DNA of 64,000 nucleotides from Promethearchaeota archaeon (GCA_016839585.1 JAEOTZ010000016.1:1-64000), one strand, 5' to 3'; positions 28,682 to 39,394 are shown, numbered from the stretch's first letter. Numbers and translations: made by a program. Notes: generated by a model from the letters alone, not told the origin.

Positions 28682-30233
28682 ACATTGCTTTATTCCTTTT
28701 ATAAATTTTCATATATTCTGTGAATAACTTAGTGTAAATCTTTTTGTTATCTGGATTTGGCGTGAAATTTTGCTTAATTTTAATCAATGGAATTGCATCA
28801 GAAAAATCTTTTAACAATCCTAATCCAACCAGAGAAATTATAGCAGATCCTTTAACTGCAGCTAAATCAGGATCAATCATTTGAACAATATTCCTTTCCA
28901 ACACATCGGCTAATATCTGACACCAAACATTTGATTTTGCACCACCACCAATGAAATTTATTTTGTTAGTTTTTCCTACTAACTTTTCTAAAATAATTAA
29001 CGCCCATTTTATATTATATGCTACCCCCTCATATACTGCACGTAAAAGATCTTCCCGATTATGATCAAGGCTAAGATTATAAAAACCCCCTCGAACGTTA
29101 GGATCATTTAATGGACTTCTCTCTCCAAACAACCATGGCGTAAATAGGAGATTTTTTGCTCCTACTTTAGAGTTCTCTACAATTGAGTTTATTAGTTTAT
29201 ATAATTCTTCCTGTTTTTCTTTAAATTTCTCCTTTTCATCGCTAAATATTTGATTAATCAACCAATCAAGACATGCAGCACCGGTTTCTTGTTTAGAGAT
29301 GCATAAATAATTATCTTGAGAAGAGCATATGCTCCCCGTGTAGTGTATAAGGTCTTTTAATCTTTTAGATGTGTGAGCGGAGGCCCAATCTGATGTACCT
29401 AGACATATAATTGGTTCATTATCTAATATCGCACCTGAACCTAGTGCAGCAGAAGTCAAATCTCCAGAGCCTACAAAAACTGGAATTCCTGGCTTCAGAC
29501 CCAATTTATCTGAGGCTTCAGTGGTTAATTCTCCAGCAATTTCAGAGGATCTTTTTATTTGAGGTAATTTTTCTTTATCTATACCAAACTTATTTAATAT
29601 TTTATCTGACCATTCAAATTTACCTGGATTACTATCCATCATCCAAGACGTATTACCTAAATCTCTTGAAGTTACGGCATTTTTAGTACATCTATAAACT
29701 ACAATATCCTTTACACTTAAAAATTTGAAGGTTTTTTCATATACTTCGGGTAAATTATCTTTAATCCATAAAATATGAGAGATTGGGTCTTTACCATTGA
29801 TTCCTGGAGCGCCACCTGTTACTTTAATGAACATAAGTAAATTTCGCAAACCGAAATTTGAAATTTTTATAATCCCTTTAGTGAATTTACGAGTAGTAGC
29901 AGCAGCTCGAGTATCAAGCCAATTAATGCAATTCATTAATGGAATACCTTCAATGTCAATAGGAACCGTACAATTCATTTGGCAATCGAATATTAACGCA
30001 AGAATATCATTTTGATTAACTTTACTTTCATTGATTAACGTATGAGTTGCCTTTACTACAGAATTCCAATAATCTTCTGCGTTTTGTTCTGCCCAACCTG
30101 GTTTTGGATAAAATAAAGGATAATCAGCCTTAGTTTGAGAAACTAAATTTAAATTTATATTAAAAAGAGCTGCTTTATTGCCAGTTGTTCCTAAATCATG
30201 AGCTAATATGAATTTATCTGCCAATTTTTTCAC
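28662..30233 (-). CDS. FGGY-family carbohydrate kinase (xylulokinase-like)
   Basis: HDLGTTGNKA, WLDTRA, GERSP, GGGAKS. Confidence 0.92.
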   Translation of the reverse strand: MKKLADKFILAHDLGTTGNKAALFNINLNLVSQTKADYPLFYPKPGWAEQNAEDYWNSVVKATHTLINESKVNQNDILALIFDCQMNCTVPIDIEGIPLMNCINWLDTRAAATTRKFTKGIIKISNFGLRNLLMFIKVTGGAPGINGKDPISHILWIKDNLPEVYEKTFKFLSVKDIVVYRCTKNAVTSRDLGNTSWMMDSNPGKFEWSDKILNKFGIDKEKLPQIKRSSEIAGELTTEASDKLGLKPGIPVFVGSGDLTSAALGSGAILDNEPIICLGTSDWASAHTSKRLKDLIHYTGSICSSQDNYLCISKQETGAACLDWLINQIFSDEKEKFKEKQEELYKLINSIVENSKVGAKNLLFTPWLFGERSPLNDPNVRGGFYNLSLDHNREDLLRAVYEGVAYNIKWALIILEKLVGKTNKINFIGGGAKSNVWCQILADVLERNIVQMIDPDLAAVKGSAIISLVGLGLLKDFSDAIPLIKIKQNFTPNPDNKKIYTKLFTEYMKIYKRNKAMFKHLNL

Positions 30234-30366
30234 CTTAATTGTTTTAATAACATTATAATAAAGTTGGTTTGAATTGTAAATAAAGATAAAGTTTTAAACA
30301 AAGAATTTTATCATAAAAATTATTATTAATTTTTATAGAAAATAATTTAAGAGAGGAAAAGTAAAT

Positions 30367-31776
30367 TTGACGTTATTAGAAAACATCTCAAAACTTGAAA
30401 TTCCAACAAATAAAATATATTATGATAAGAAATCAAACGTTCTGTCCATTGAAATTCTGAGATTCACCTTTATTGGGATATATAAAAAGTCTACAAAGCT
30501 ATCAAAAATTTTAGATGATATATATAACTTCTTGGGAGAAATTCACATAAATCGTGAAGATTTATCCTTTGTAGATTTCATATCTAATACTATAATTTCA
30601 GAAACTACAAAGTTAAAAAGTTTAGGTTTGCTTGAAAAAAAAGAATTTGAAAAAAAAGAGGAAAAGAAAGAAGAGCAGAAATTAGGTAAAGATATTCGAA
30701 CCAAAGCAGATATTGTTGAAAAAGAAACAGTTGAAAGAGTAAAAACCATTGCTCCTCCACGTAAAGCTCCAGAAAAGAAGAAAGCTAAGCAAGCTAAAAA
30801 AAGAGAGTCGTATAGAGAAGAGAAAGCAGAATATAAGATGATGGAAGAACCTGTTGAAAGTGCTGATATGCTTTTATATGAAGAGGATGAAGAATTTGAA
30901 ATGGAAGAAGAACCTTTACCTCCACCATCTCCAGCCGCAGGTGCTCCACCAGCACCAACAAAAGTTCCAACAAGTGCTCCCCCCTCCGATGCATTAGCAG
31001 GTCCTGGATTACCTCCTCCTGAAAAATTTCGAGATGCCGTTGAAGAAGTTTTCTCTGAAGTTGTATCGGAACCAAAACCAACGGTTTATGAGATTAACAT
31101 GGGGCTCCAATACTATTCAGTAATGATGGAGCAGAGAAGTTATTTGTTTTATATCTATTTTTCTCATAAAGAATTAAAGATTGTAGATGAAGAGGGTAAA
31201 ACTATTTATACAACACAAGTTAGAATAGTAACTACTAAAAAAGAACCACCCATTTTGGATCTTAAAATTGAAGGAGAAGGTTTTGAGGTTCATCCTTTAG
31301 CAGGAAAAGTAGTTGTTAAAAAAGATGCAGTTAATCCTCCAGTAATGATTTTCTCTGTGCTCCCCATAAAGTCTAAGAAAAAGAAGAAAAAGAAAGAAAG
31401 TGAACGTCGCTTTCTAAATATTTATATTGAGTTTGAAAATAAAGTAATAAGCCATTCAGTTCTCTCAATTATAGTTCAACCAAAATATTTTCGACTAGAA
31501 CTTGGTCCAATCCATTTAAATCTAAGTAAAAAAGTAGCATTGATAATCTCATTTATTTCTATATTAATTGCTGGAGTTTCACTGGTTTATACACTACTTT
31601 CGATTGACCCTTCATCAAAATTCACAGATTATTTAGGTGGATTTGCTCCGGGATTGGGATCAATTGTATTCTTTGCAATTTTTCTGTTCACCTTATTTAA
31701 AGAAGGCATATATCCACTGAAAGAGAAAATTAGTAGCTTTTTAAATTTTGATCAAGCAGGTGTTCTTATAAAATAA
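30367..31776 (+). CDS. hypothetical protein with acidic/Pro-rich linker and two C-terminal TM helices
   Basis: 469 aa ORF, low-complexity middle, hydrophobic C-terminus. Confidence 0.78.
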   Translation: MTLLENISKLEIPTNKIYYDKKSNVLSIEILRFTFIGIYKKSTKLSKILDDIYNFLGEIHINREDLSFVDFISNTIISETTKLKSLGLLEKKEFEKKEEKKEEQKLGKDIRTKADIVEKETVERVKTIAPPRKAPEKKKAKQAKKRESYREEKAEYKMMEEPVESADMLLYEEDEEFEMEEEPLPPPSPAAGAPPAPTKVPTSAPPSDALAGPGLPPPEKFRDAVEEVFSEVVSEPKPTVYEINMGLQYYSVMMEQRSYLFYIYFSHKELKIVDEEGKTIYTTQVRIVTTKKEPPILDLKIEGEGFEVHPLAGKVVVKKDAVNPPVMIFSVLPIKSKKKKKKKESERRFLNIYIEFENKVISHSVLSIIVQPKYFRLELGPIHLNLSKKVALIISFISILIAGVSLVYTLLSIDPSSKFTDYLGGFAPGLGSIVFFAIFLFTLFKEGIYPLKEKISSFLNFDQAGVLIK

Positions 31777-31930
31777 CTAAAATAGTATCTTAAATGAGAA
31801 AAACAACTCCTTTATAACAAAGCTTTTTTTTTTTTGCTTATTTTTTGCTATTAGATTCCTATAAAATAAAAATAGTTTACAGAAAGAGCTCATTTTTTAA
31901 TTTTTTTTCTTGATATGATTATCATAAAAA

Positions 31931-32986
31931 TTGGTCTACAAGAGTGTTTTATTCAATTTAATTTTAATTATAAATATGAATGAATCAATATTAGAAGAAG
32001 CAAAAGTAATATATTCAGATCCTAATCAATTCAATGAGAATAAACATTCAAATGAGTTTATCATAGAAGTTCAAGATCTAAAAAAGTCATTCAATGGTAT
32101 TAAAGCAGTTGATGGTATTAGTCTTAAAGTTCGTAAAGGTGAATTGTTTTCTCTTTTAGGCCCTAATGGAGCAGGTAAATCTACTACAATTAGAATGCTT
32201 ACCACCGTATTAAAACCCACAAATGGAGACGCAAGAATCAAGGATCATAGCCTAATAAAAGAAAAAGATAAAATTAAACCGCTTATTGGTGTATGTCCTC
32301 AAGAAAATGTTGTTTTTGAAGCCTTAACAGCAGAAGATAATGTGGAATTTGTTGGTCGCATGCATGGAATGGATCCTGCTGACATAAAAAGACGCACGAA
32401 AACTTTGTTAGAAAAAATGAATATTGCTGGACGAAAAAAACCTGCAAAATCATTTTCTGGTGGAATGAAACGACGGTTAAGTCTTGTAATGAGCCTAATT
32501 CATCTACCACAAATTCTATTTCTTGATGAACCAAGTGCCGGGTTAGATCCTCAAGCAAGACGCCTTGTCTGGGATTTTATCAAAAATCTTAAAAAAACAG
32601 GAATGACAATCATCCTTACTACCCATGATATGATAGAGGCTGATGTGTTAAGTGATCATATAGCAATCATGGATCATGGTAAAATCATTGCTTCTGGAAC
32701 CTTAGAAGAGTTAAAAAGAAGTTCACATAACGGGAATATTCTTGAATTTAGCTTCTCTTCCAAAGAAGAGCTCATTCAAGCAAAACGCAAGTTAAAACAA
32801 ATAGATAAAGTGAAAAAAATCACAGAAATGGAGAACAATAAGTTAATTATCTCCTTTACTGGAGGAGTTAAGACTTTTAAACGAGAAATTTTACGCGAAA
32901 TAGAAATGTTTAAAACCTTACACTTTAGGGAAGATTCTCTTGAAGATATATTCTTAAAGCTAACTGGTAGGGGGTTACGAGATTAA
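31931..32986 (+). CDS. ABC-2 type transporter ATP-binding protein
   Basis: GPNGAGKS, FSGGMKRR, LFLDEP; likely start ATG 31976. Confidence 0.93.
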   Translation: MVYKSVLFNLILIINMNESILEEAKVIYSDPNQFNENKHSNEFIIEVQDLKKSFNGIKAVDGISLKVRKGELFSLLGPNGAGKSTTIRMLTTVLKPTNGDARIKDHSLIKEKDKIKPLIGVCPQENVVFEALTAEDNVEFVGRMHGMDPADIKRRTKTLLEKMNIAGRKKPAKSFSGGMKRRLSLVMSLIHLPQILFLDEPSAGLDPQARRLVWDFIKNLKKTGMTIILTTHDMIEADVLSDHIAIMDHGKIIASGTLEELKRSSHNGNILEFSFSSKEELIQAKRKLKQIDKVKKITEMENNKLIISFTGGVKTFKREILREIEMFKTLHFREDSLEDIFLKLTGRGLRD

Positions 32987-33789
32987 TGAACATGATTGAT
33001 TTAAAAGCCTGGTATATTGCCAAGAAGAATGTAAAAGAGAAACTTAAAAATTATGGCACAATGTTTTGGACTGTTGCATTTCCAATCATGATGTTAATTG
33101 TCTACAAGTTAGCCTTCACTGAAGATGGTACTACGATGATAAATGGGTTAACAGTTTTCGACGTAGAATTTCCAGGAATCGTTGTATATACTATTGGTAT
33201 ATCCACAGTATCAAGTGCAGTTATGTTTTCAATGAGTAAAAAAGATGGAACATTAGAGTTTATAGATTCAATGCCTGTGAGTCGTGGAAATGTATTTTTA
33301 GGAGCTGTAATATCTGAGGCCATATTCATGAATCTCCAGCTCATTTTATTATTTGGATTTGGATATGGGGTGTTAGGAGCTCATTTTGAACTAGCAATGA
33401 TGCCGATTGGATACTTGATTGCAATGATTTATGGTGTTGCATCAATCGGATTGGGTCTTATTATTGCGAGTTTTCTTAATAGCCCTGAAGGAGCGAATGG
33501 AATTGCAATGTTGACTCACATGTCCTTAATGTTTGTATCCGGGTCATTTTTCCCCTTGGATAATGGGAGCGTATTTTTTACTCCACAATATTGGGTCAAA
33601 CAAGTCTATCTCCAATTGACAGTTATTGGGGATTCATTCTCTGATTTGATGTATAGTGGTACTATAATTACTCCCACTTCTGAAGCCACTTTCTTTCCCA
33701 TATGGGGAGGAATCCTCATGATATTAGCATTCACAGCTGCATTTATCATTTTAGGAGTTAAAATCTTTCAGAAAAAGACAACCCTTTAG
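32986..33789 (+). CDS. ABC-2 type transporter permease
   Basis: six TM helices, SGSFFP motif, coupled to the ATPase. Confidence 0.9.
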   Translation: MNMIDLKAWYIAKKNVKEKLKNYGTMFWTVAFPIMMLIVYKLAFTEDGTTMINGLTVFDVEFPGIVVYTIGISTVSSAVMFSMSKKDGTLEFIDSMPVSRGNVFLGAVISEAIFMNLQLILLFGFGYGVLGAHFELAMMPIGYLIAMIYGVASIGLGLIIASFLNSPEGANGIAMLTHMSLMFVSGSFFPLDNGSVFFTPQYWVKQVYLQLTVIGDSFSDLMYSGTIITPTSEATFFPIWGGILMILAFTAAFIILGVKIFQKKTTL

Positions 33790-33830
33790 ATTCTTTTTGA
33801 AATATTTAATTATTTTTTTTATTTTATTTT

Positions 33831-34757
33831 TTATTTTATTGTGAATTTAGATTTTAATTCATCCCAAAATCTCTTCTTAAGTTTGCTCAATTTTTTATCT
33901 TTTAATTTAATAAAATATAAAGATCTTTTCACAATGGAAGGATAACCTTTAACTTTTAAATATTTTATCAAACCCGCTGATTCTGCCTTATCGGCCATCA
34001 TTTCACTCATAACACTTATAAAATTAGATTCATTAACTGTGGAAATGATTGAGTCATTATCATTTATTTCAAGTTTTATATTTAATTTTTTATAATCGGG
34101 AAATTGGTGTTTAAACGTATTCCTCATTCCAGATCCTTTTTCTCTCCATACAAAGGGATATTTAGTAAGATCACTGAAATTTACAACATCTTTCCCATTT
34201 TTAAGTAATTCATGAGTAGGAGAACATATGAATTTAAATTCATCTTGTCCAATTTCAATATAATCAAAATCATTTTCATCATTATTCATAAAACTTCCGA
34301 TACCTGCAAAATTCGCTATATTTTTCTTTAAATTTTCAATAGATTTCTGAGAATTATTAATTAGGATTTTAAAGTTAACATTAGGATTTTTATTTCGAAA
34401 ATTTGCTATAAATTTTGGCAAAATATGAGAACCTGGAATAGTTGATGCTGATATTATAATCTCTTCAATTCTTTGATCTTTAAATTTTGAAATCTCTTGT
34501 TTACAATCGTCATATAACCTAATGATTTCTACTGCATGTTTAAGAAATACCTTTCCTGCTTCAGTTAATTCAAATCTTTTAGTTGATCTATCAATTAAAA
34601 CGACTTCAAATTCTTTCTCTAATTGCGATATTTGATGAGATAATGTACTTTGAGAGATAGGTAAATCCTTTGCTAATTCTGAAAAGCTTTTGTATTGAAC
34701 AAGTTTTATAAAATTCCTTAAATATTCAATATTCAAATTTACTGCCGCCTTAAACAA
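33831..34757 (-). CDS. LysR-family transcriptional regulator (resembles the selenium-metabolism-associated subgroup)
   Basis: SFSELAKDLPISQSTLSHQISQLE HTH; ASTIPG; WREKGSGMR. Confidence 0.9.
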   Translation of the reverse strand: MFKAAVNLNIEYLRNFIKLVQYKSFSELAKDLPISQSTLSHQISQLEKEFEVVLIDRSTKRFELTEAGKVFLKHAVEIIRLYDDCKQEISKFKDQRIEEIIISASTIPGSHILPKFIANFRNKNPNVNFKILINNSQKSIENLKKNIANFAGIGSFMNNDENDFDYIEIGQDEFKFICSPTHELLKNGKDVVNFSDLTKYPFVWREKGSGMRNTFKHQFPDYKKLNIKLEINDNDSIISTVNESNFISVMSEMMADKAESAGLIKYLKVKGYPSIVKRSLYFIKLKDKKLSKLKKRFWDELKSKFTIK

Positions 34758-34884
34758 TCGTCATAAGTAAAAATTTAACACTCTATTAATAATTCAATGT
34801 GTTTAATGTTATTTTTATTTATCGATTTTTTGCATAAATTATTACGAAAAAATTAATAAATATATATTTATTTTCATTTATATC

Positions 34885-35244
34885 ATGTCAGAAAAAAAGA
34901 AAGTATTCACAATTGCCATTGGGAGCGGCCCGTATACCGAAGAAAGATCTTATACTATGCTTCGATTTGCTTATACCGCACTTTTAGAAGGACATAGCGT
35001 GAACATTTTTTTAGTTGAAGATGGAATCTGGGTTGGAAAAAAAAACCAAGATCCTACAACTTATGACAATGTTGGTAAATGGTTAAAAGATGTAATTGAA
35101 GAGGGTGCTATAGTAAAAATATGTGGAGTATGCATGAAAGCGCGTGGAATGGGTGTCGATGAATTGATGGAAAGAATTGAGAAAACAACTATGAATGGTT
35201 TTCTTGAAATGTGTGTAAATGCAGATAATGTAATATTTGGTTAA
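34885..35244 (+). CDS. DsrE/TusD-family sulfur relay protein
   Basis: GPY, FLVEDG, CGVCMKARG. Confidence 0.88.
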   Translation: MSEKKKVFTIAIGSGPYTEERSYTMLRFAYTALLEGHSVNIFLVEDGIWVGKKNQDPTTYDNVGKWLKDVIEEGAIVKICGVCMKARGMGVDELMERIEKTTMNGFLEMCVNADNVIFG

Positions 35245-35266
35245 TAAAAGGAGTCGATATATTGAT

Positions 35267-35494
35267 ATGGGAAATGTATTTAAACTAAAATGTGATGGAT
35301 TGGTTTGTCCATTACCAGTCGCAAAAACTAAAAGGAAATTATTGGAAATGGGCAGTGGAGACATTTTAGAAGTTTCAGGAGATTATGCAGAAGCAGGACA
35401 AAATATCAAAAATTATATTGAGAAACATGGAGATAAGGTATTAGATTTTATTATCGATGGAGAAGACTTTTTGATAAAAATCCAAAAGTCATAG
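35267..35494 (+). CDS. TusA/SirA-family sulfurtransferase
   Basis: GLVCPLPV motif; ATG 35267 after AGGAG. Confidence 0.88.
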   Translation: MGNVFKLKCDGLVCPLPVAKTKRKLLEMGSGDILEVSGDYAEAGQNIKNYIEKHGDKVLDFIIDGEDFLIKIQKS

Positions 35495-35529
35495 ATGAAA
35501 AAATCTTTTTTTTCTTTTTAAAGTCTTTT

Positions 35530-35880
35530 TTATTTATTGAGGAAATTTCTATTAGGCATACAATATGGGTAGGTTCTAAAGAATTTTGCGAATATAACTT
35601 CTCTATCAACGCCGTTTTCAAGCATCCTCTTAAATCCTTTTATGTTATTTAAATTATTTGAATAAATCGATTGCATTTCTTCCGAATGAGTTTTTAGCAT
35701 AGTCGTTAAATCTTTTTTAGAATCAAGCTCTTTTAATTTTTCAATTCCCGTTTCTAATTCATCTTTTAGTTCATCAAATTTTTTAATTAAAAATTTAAAA
35801 TCTTTCTTACATCTTTCTACAATGGCAATTTGGTTTTGTTTAATTTTTGATTGTTCCAATCTAGAAAGTAATTTTGACAA
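35530..35880 (-). CDS. hypothetical coiled-coil protein
   Basis: 116 aa ORF with SD-like GAGGGTG upstream. Confidence 0.6.
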   Translation of the reverse strand: MSKLLSRLEQSKIKQNQIAIVERCKKDFKFLIKKFDELKDELETGIEKLKELDSKKDLTTMLKTHSEEMQSIYSNNLNNIKGFKRMLENGVDREVIFAKFFRTYPYCMPNRNFLNK

Positions 35881-35964
35881 ATCTATAACACCCTCTTTAT
35901 TTTTTTTTTTTTTATTTCTATATTCACTATTATTTATTATTAAAAGTAATGAAAATTTGGATAT

Positions 35965-36864
35965 TTATATTTTAGTAGTATTCTCAATAGCCTCAAATAA
36001 CCAAATATTATTATACTTTTTTGCTAATTCCTCTGCTAAAATGGGGTCTAAAACGTTCATACAAGCAAAAATTTGAGTAGGGTTTAATGGATTTTGTAGT
36101 TTGATCAATACTCTACTATTATCAAAAATATCATAATATGTTGGGATTCTTTTATATATGAATCTCATTTCAAAACCATCTATTACTGGAGATAATCCAA
36201 ATAATTCATTTAAAACTTCTATTAATTTATCGAATAGAGAATGATTTTTAATTTTTTGATCATTTGAGAGTGGCCTCTCATCATATTCAAAACTCCATAA
36301 ATACCTTACTTGAACACCTCGGTTTAATGCATTTACAATGCCTTTATAGAAATTTTTAGCAAAAGGAAGAACCTTAAGTGTATTATCATTTAAAAAACCA
36401 GTCATCAGTAAATTGTCCTTTAATGTATTAAATTTCTTAGTATATAATGATAACATGTTTTCTGCTCCAAAAGCAGTGGACCAAAAGACTTTTGATGATT
36501 CTCTTTTAATAAAAAAATTAGAATTATAAATTTTTGATTCTAATTCCTTTGCTTGATTGTAGAGAAATGAAATTCTTCTTTGATTTTCTTTCTCCATTTT
36601 GGATATTAAATTTTGGAATGCTTGGTTGACCGAGATTGCTCTGTATTTTTTTGGTCTCGAATCTTGGATTTCAATCATTCCATAATCATTTAAAACCTCT
36701 AAAACTTCATATATCCTTCCAGTTGGGACTCTTGATCGTTCGCTTAATTCCCGTGCATTTAATTCATTTGATTGTAATAATACTAAATAGACGTTTATTT
36801 CATAATTGGAGAGATGCAAGTTTTTTAAGAATTCTTTCAACTCATCTTTTATAATATTTGACAT
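35965..36864 (-). CDS. TrmB-family transcriptional regulator
   Basis: LSNYEINVY...ARELSERSRVPTGRIYEVL...RPKKYRA. Confidence 0.9.
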   Translation of the reverse strand: MSNIIKDELKEFLKNLHLSNYEINVYLVLLQSNELNARELSERSRVPTGRIYEVLEVLNDYGMIEIQDSRPKKYRAISVNQAFQNLISKMEKENQRRISFLYNQAKELESKIYNSNFFIKRESSKVFWSTAFGAENMLSLYTKKFNTLKDNLLMTGFLNDNTLKVLPFAKNFYKGIVNALNRGVQVRYLWSFEYDERPLSNDQKIKNHSLFDKLIEVLNELFGLSPVIDGFEMRFIYKRIPTYYDIFDNSRVLIKLQNPLNPTQIFACMNVLDPILAEELAKKYNNIWLFEAIENTTKI

Positions 36865-36880
36865 TTAGATCATTCTAGAA

Positions 36881-36974
36881 ATTTCAACTAAAAAAGTGTT
36901 GTTTTATGTTTTATAGTTCTTTATTTTATTTTAATTATTTTCACATTTTATATTTCAACTTGAAAAAAGTTGTT
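36881..36974. promoter_or_regulatory. two copies of a CAAC-N9-GTTG palindrome (candidate TrmB operators)
   Basis: ATTTCAACtaaaaaagtGTTGTT (36881-36903) and ATTTCAACttgaaaaaaGTTGTT (36952-36974) in a divergent intergenic region. Confidence 0.55.
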
Positions 36975-37018
36975 AAGGATCGAAAAATAATTTAAATCGT
37001 GCATGTATCCTATAAACT

Positions 37019-37513
37019 GTGAAAAAAATAGAATTAAAAGAATTATTGATTAAATGTTGGATGACTCATGATGGTATGTGGTTTTTTCACTGCCTACAAG
37101 AGTGTGGTATTGAGAAGACAAATAAAATAAATAAAGCGGCAATAAAATCAATGGCTAAAATAGAGATAAAAAGAATTCAACACATATTTGGTATTGATGA
37201 AATTAATAAATTTGGAGAACTTCAAAATATTATAAAAAATGCTTTAGAAGTGTTCAAAGCTGATTTTATGGAATTTAATCATTCTTTTCCAAGTAAAAAT
37301 CATATGCATTGTGAAATACATAAATGTTGGGCTTATGATGGTATTAAACGTCTTGGAGTTATTGATGAATACAAATGTGGAATTTTCGATAGAATTGATA
37401 GCTGGTTAGATAATCTAGGGATAAAATATGATGTAAATCCCAAAATAGAGAATTGCTTAATGAACATTAATGGGAGATGTTATAGAGATTACACTTTTTA
37501 CTTCAATGAATGA
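37019..37513 (+). CDS. DUF6125-like protein
   Basis: CWMTHDGMWF...CWAY...YKCG...C..C pattern. Confidence 0.75.
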   Translation: MKKIELKELLIKCWMTHDGMWFFHCLQECGIEKTNKINKAAIKSMAKIEIKRIQHIFGIDEINKFGELQNIIKNALEVFKADFMEFNHSFPSKNHMHCEIHKCWAYDGIKRLGVIDEYKCGIFDRIDSWLDNLGIKYDVNPKIENCLMNINGRCYRDYTFYFNE

Positions 37514-37556
37514 TTAAATAAATATTTAAAGATATAAGAATTGAGATGATGAAATT

Positions 37557-38072
37557 ATGGAATTATTATTAAAAGAAAAGTATAAAATCCCCTTAGAGAC
37601 TCAGAAATTTATATTGCAAATGTGCTGGGCTCAACATGATGGACAATGGTTCTTAAAATCAAAAAAAGAGTACGGTATTGAAGCAGCAAATCAATTGAAC
37701 CAAAAAGTAGTATTTTCTATGGGAAAAATAGAAGCAAAGCATATTTTAAATGCTTTAGGTATCAAAAAAGGAACAATTAAATCAATTTCTGAACTCTTTA
37801 AACTCATAAATACTTTCATGGATGTAATCATTCCCAAAATAATGAAATTCAAGTTTATTGTTCATTCTAAAAATGAAGGTGTAGCTATTGTTAACAAATG
37901 TTTTATTTGGAAAGAAGTAGAAAAATCTAAAGAAGCTTCAGAATATAAATGCGCATGCAACTTTAGACATAGGAGTTGGCTCGAAGCAATGGGGGTTAAT
38001 GGTGAAATTATTCCCTTAAAACGCAAATCAAACGGAGATAATATGTGTAAATTCAAATTTATATTGACGTAG
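37557..38072 (+). CDS. DUF6125-like protein (tandem paralog)
   Basis: CWAQHDGQWF...CFIW...YKCAC...C. Confidence 0.72.
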   Translation: MELLLKEKYKIPLETQKFILQMCWAQHDGQWFLKSKKEYGIEAANQLNQKVVFSMGKIEAKHILNALGIKKGTIKSISELFKLINTFMDVIIPKIMKFKFIVHSKNEGVAIVNKCFIWKEVEKSKEASEYKCACNFRHRSWLEAMGVNGEIIPLKRKSNGDNMCKFKFILT

Positions 38073-38105
38073 AGTATTGATATACAGAATTAACTATTAT
38101 TATTT

Positions 38106-38816
38106 TTAGCAATTGCATATAAAATTCTTTATTATCTCCTCACCTATAGTCTTAGTCTTATTAACTATAGCCTTATCATAGACTTTAGCAAAATTTTTAT
38201 TACTATAATGAGTTTCTGGGTGGAATTGGACTGAAAAAACGGGTTTTTTAAGATGACGCATGTATTGTACAGTTTTATAACCATCTATCTCTTTTGTTGC
38301 TATTATTTGGAAAGTACTTCGAATATGAGGGTCGTCTGGTAATAAATAATCACGATGATGTATGTTTACTGGGATTTCATCATAAGGTATCAATTCATCA
38401 GATTTATTTAACGATATCGAAATAATCTGACTCCCACTCTTTAATATATTCATTCTTTGGATTTTCCCATTAAAAGCATATGCTATTAAGTGAAATCCAT
38501 AACAAATTGCTAAGATTGGCTTTTGATTCTTTTTTCGAATTAACTGTATTTCAGGTTTGAATTTTTTTCTTAAATTTTTATCATTATAGAATTCTGATAC
38601 ATTAAAGTTAGAACCTGATAAAATGTAACCATTAATATCTTTCAGATGTTTTATATCTAATTGAGAATAATGAAGAGTTTTTAAATTGATACTTGGAAAA
38701 TTTTGTTTGTTAATATCTTTAATTCTTTCAATACGTTCAGTTGGAAAGTTAAGTTGATAATTGTCTATGAGACATATAACCTTCTCATTTTTTAACGTTT
38801 TCTTTTCTTCATTCAT
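38106..38816 (-). CDS. class I glutamine amidotransferase
   Basis: ILSGS, AICYGFH, VQFHPE triad. Confidence 0.88.
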   Translation of the reverse strand: MNEEKKTLKNEKVICLIDNYQLNFPTERIERIKDINKQNFPSINLKTLHYSQLDIKHLKDINGYILSGSNFNVSEFYNDKNLRKKFKPEIQLIRKKNQKPILAICYGFHLIAYAFNGKIQRMNILKSGSQIISISLNKSDELIPYDEIPVNIHHRDYLLPDDPHIRSTFQIIATKEIDGYKTVQYMRHLKKPVFSVQFHPETHYSNKNFAKVYDKAIVNKTKTIGEEIIKNFICNC

Positions 38817-38833
38817 TATATCAACAACGTCTT

Positions 38834-39229
38834 TTATTTAAGATATGAATTAATAAGAGATGGGGAGGGGCAATATACAAAAGCAAGAAGACTCTCCCCT
38901 TCTAATGTTTCCACATTTACTAAGAGCCTATGGTATAAAGATCCTTCACCTTCGATTATATCAATCTCTTGAAATAATGAATTATCTAAGCCAAAATAAA
39001 CTTCACCTTTTACTTTAGACTCTTTGTCCTGTATAATAATTGGAAATCCTAGATGTGAAAAGGAAATTTTTCGGTATCCAGATAAGCTAGCTTTTTGGAA
39101 TGTTAATCCCTTAAGTATATAATTACGACTCTGTCCATGTTGTAAGGTTCCATAAACAAAAAGGTTATTACATTCTTGACTGTTATTTGTTTGTTCTTCA
39201 CTGTGATTATTTCTGTAGGTGAAGTTCAT
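38834..39229 (-). CDS. gamma-glutamylcyclotransferase (AIG2-like)
   Basis: LFVYGTL, VKGEVY, DIIEG..LYHR. Confidence 0.88.
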   Translation of the reverse strand: MNFTYRNNHSEEQTNNSQECNNLFVYGTLQHGQSRNYILKGLTFQKASLSGYRKISFSHLGFPIIIQDKESKVKGEVYFGLDNSLFQEIDIIEGEGSLYHRLLVNVETLEGESLLAFVYCPSPSLINSYLK

Positions 39230-39394
39230 TTTATTCCCATACGTTTTAGTATTTCTAATCCATCAATATTTAAGAATTGACTTGCTTTATCTTTTAAATG
39301 TTTTTAAAATAATTATTATTTTATATTAGAATGAAAATAAAGAAATATTAAGAGAAAATTTCAAATTAAAGTTAAAAAAAATAAAAAAATAAGT

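Noticed and set aside
34885-35494. Selenocysteine recoding in DsrE/TusA or other redox proteins
   Set aside because: Active-site residues are Cys; no in-frame TGA at a conserved Cys position and no convincing SECIS was seen.
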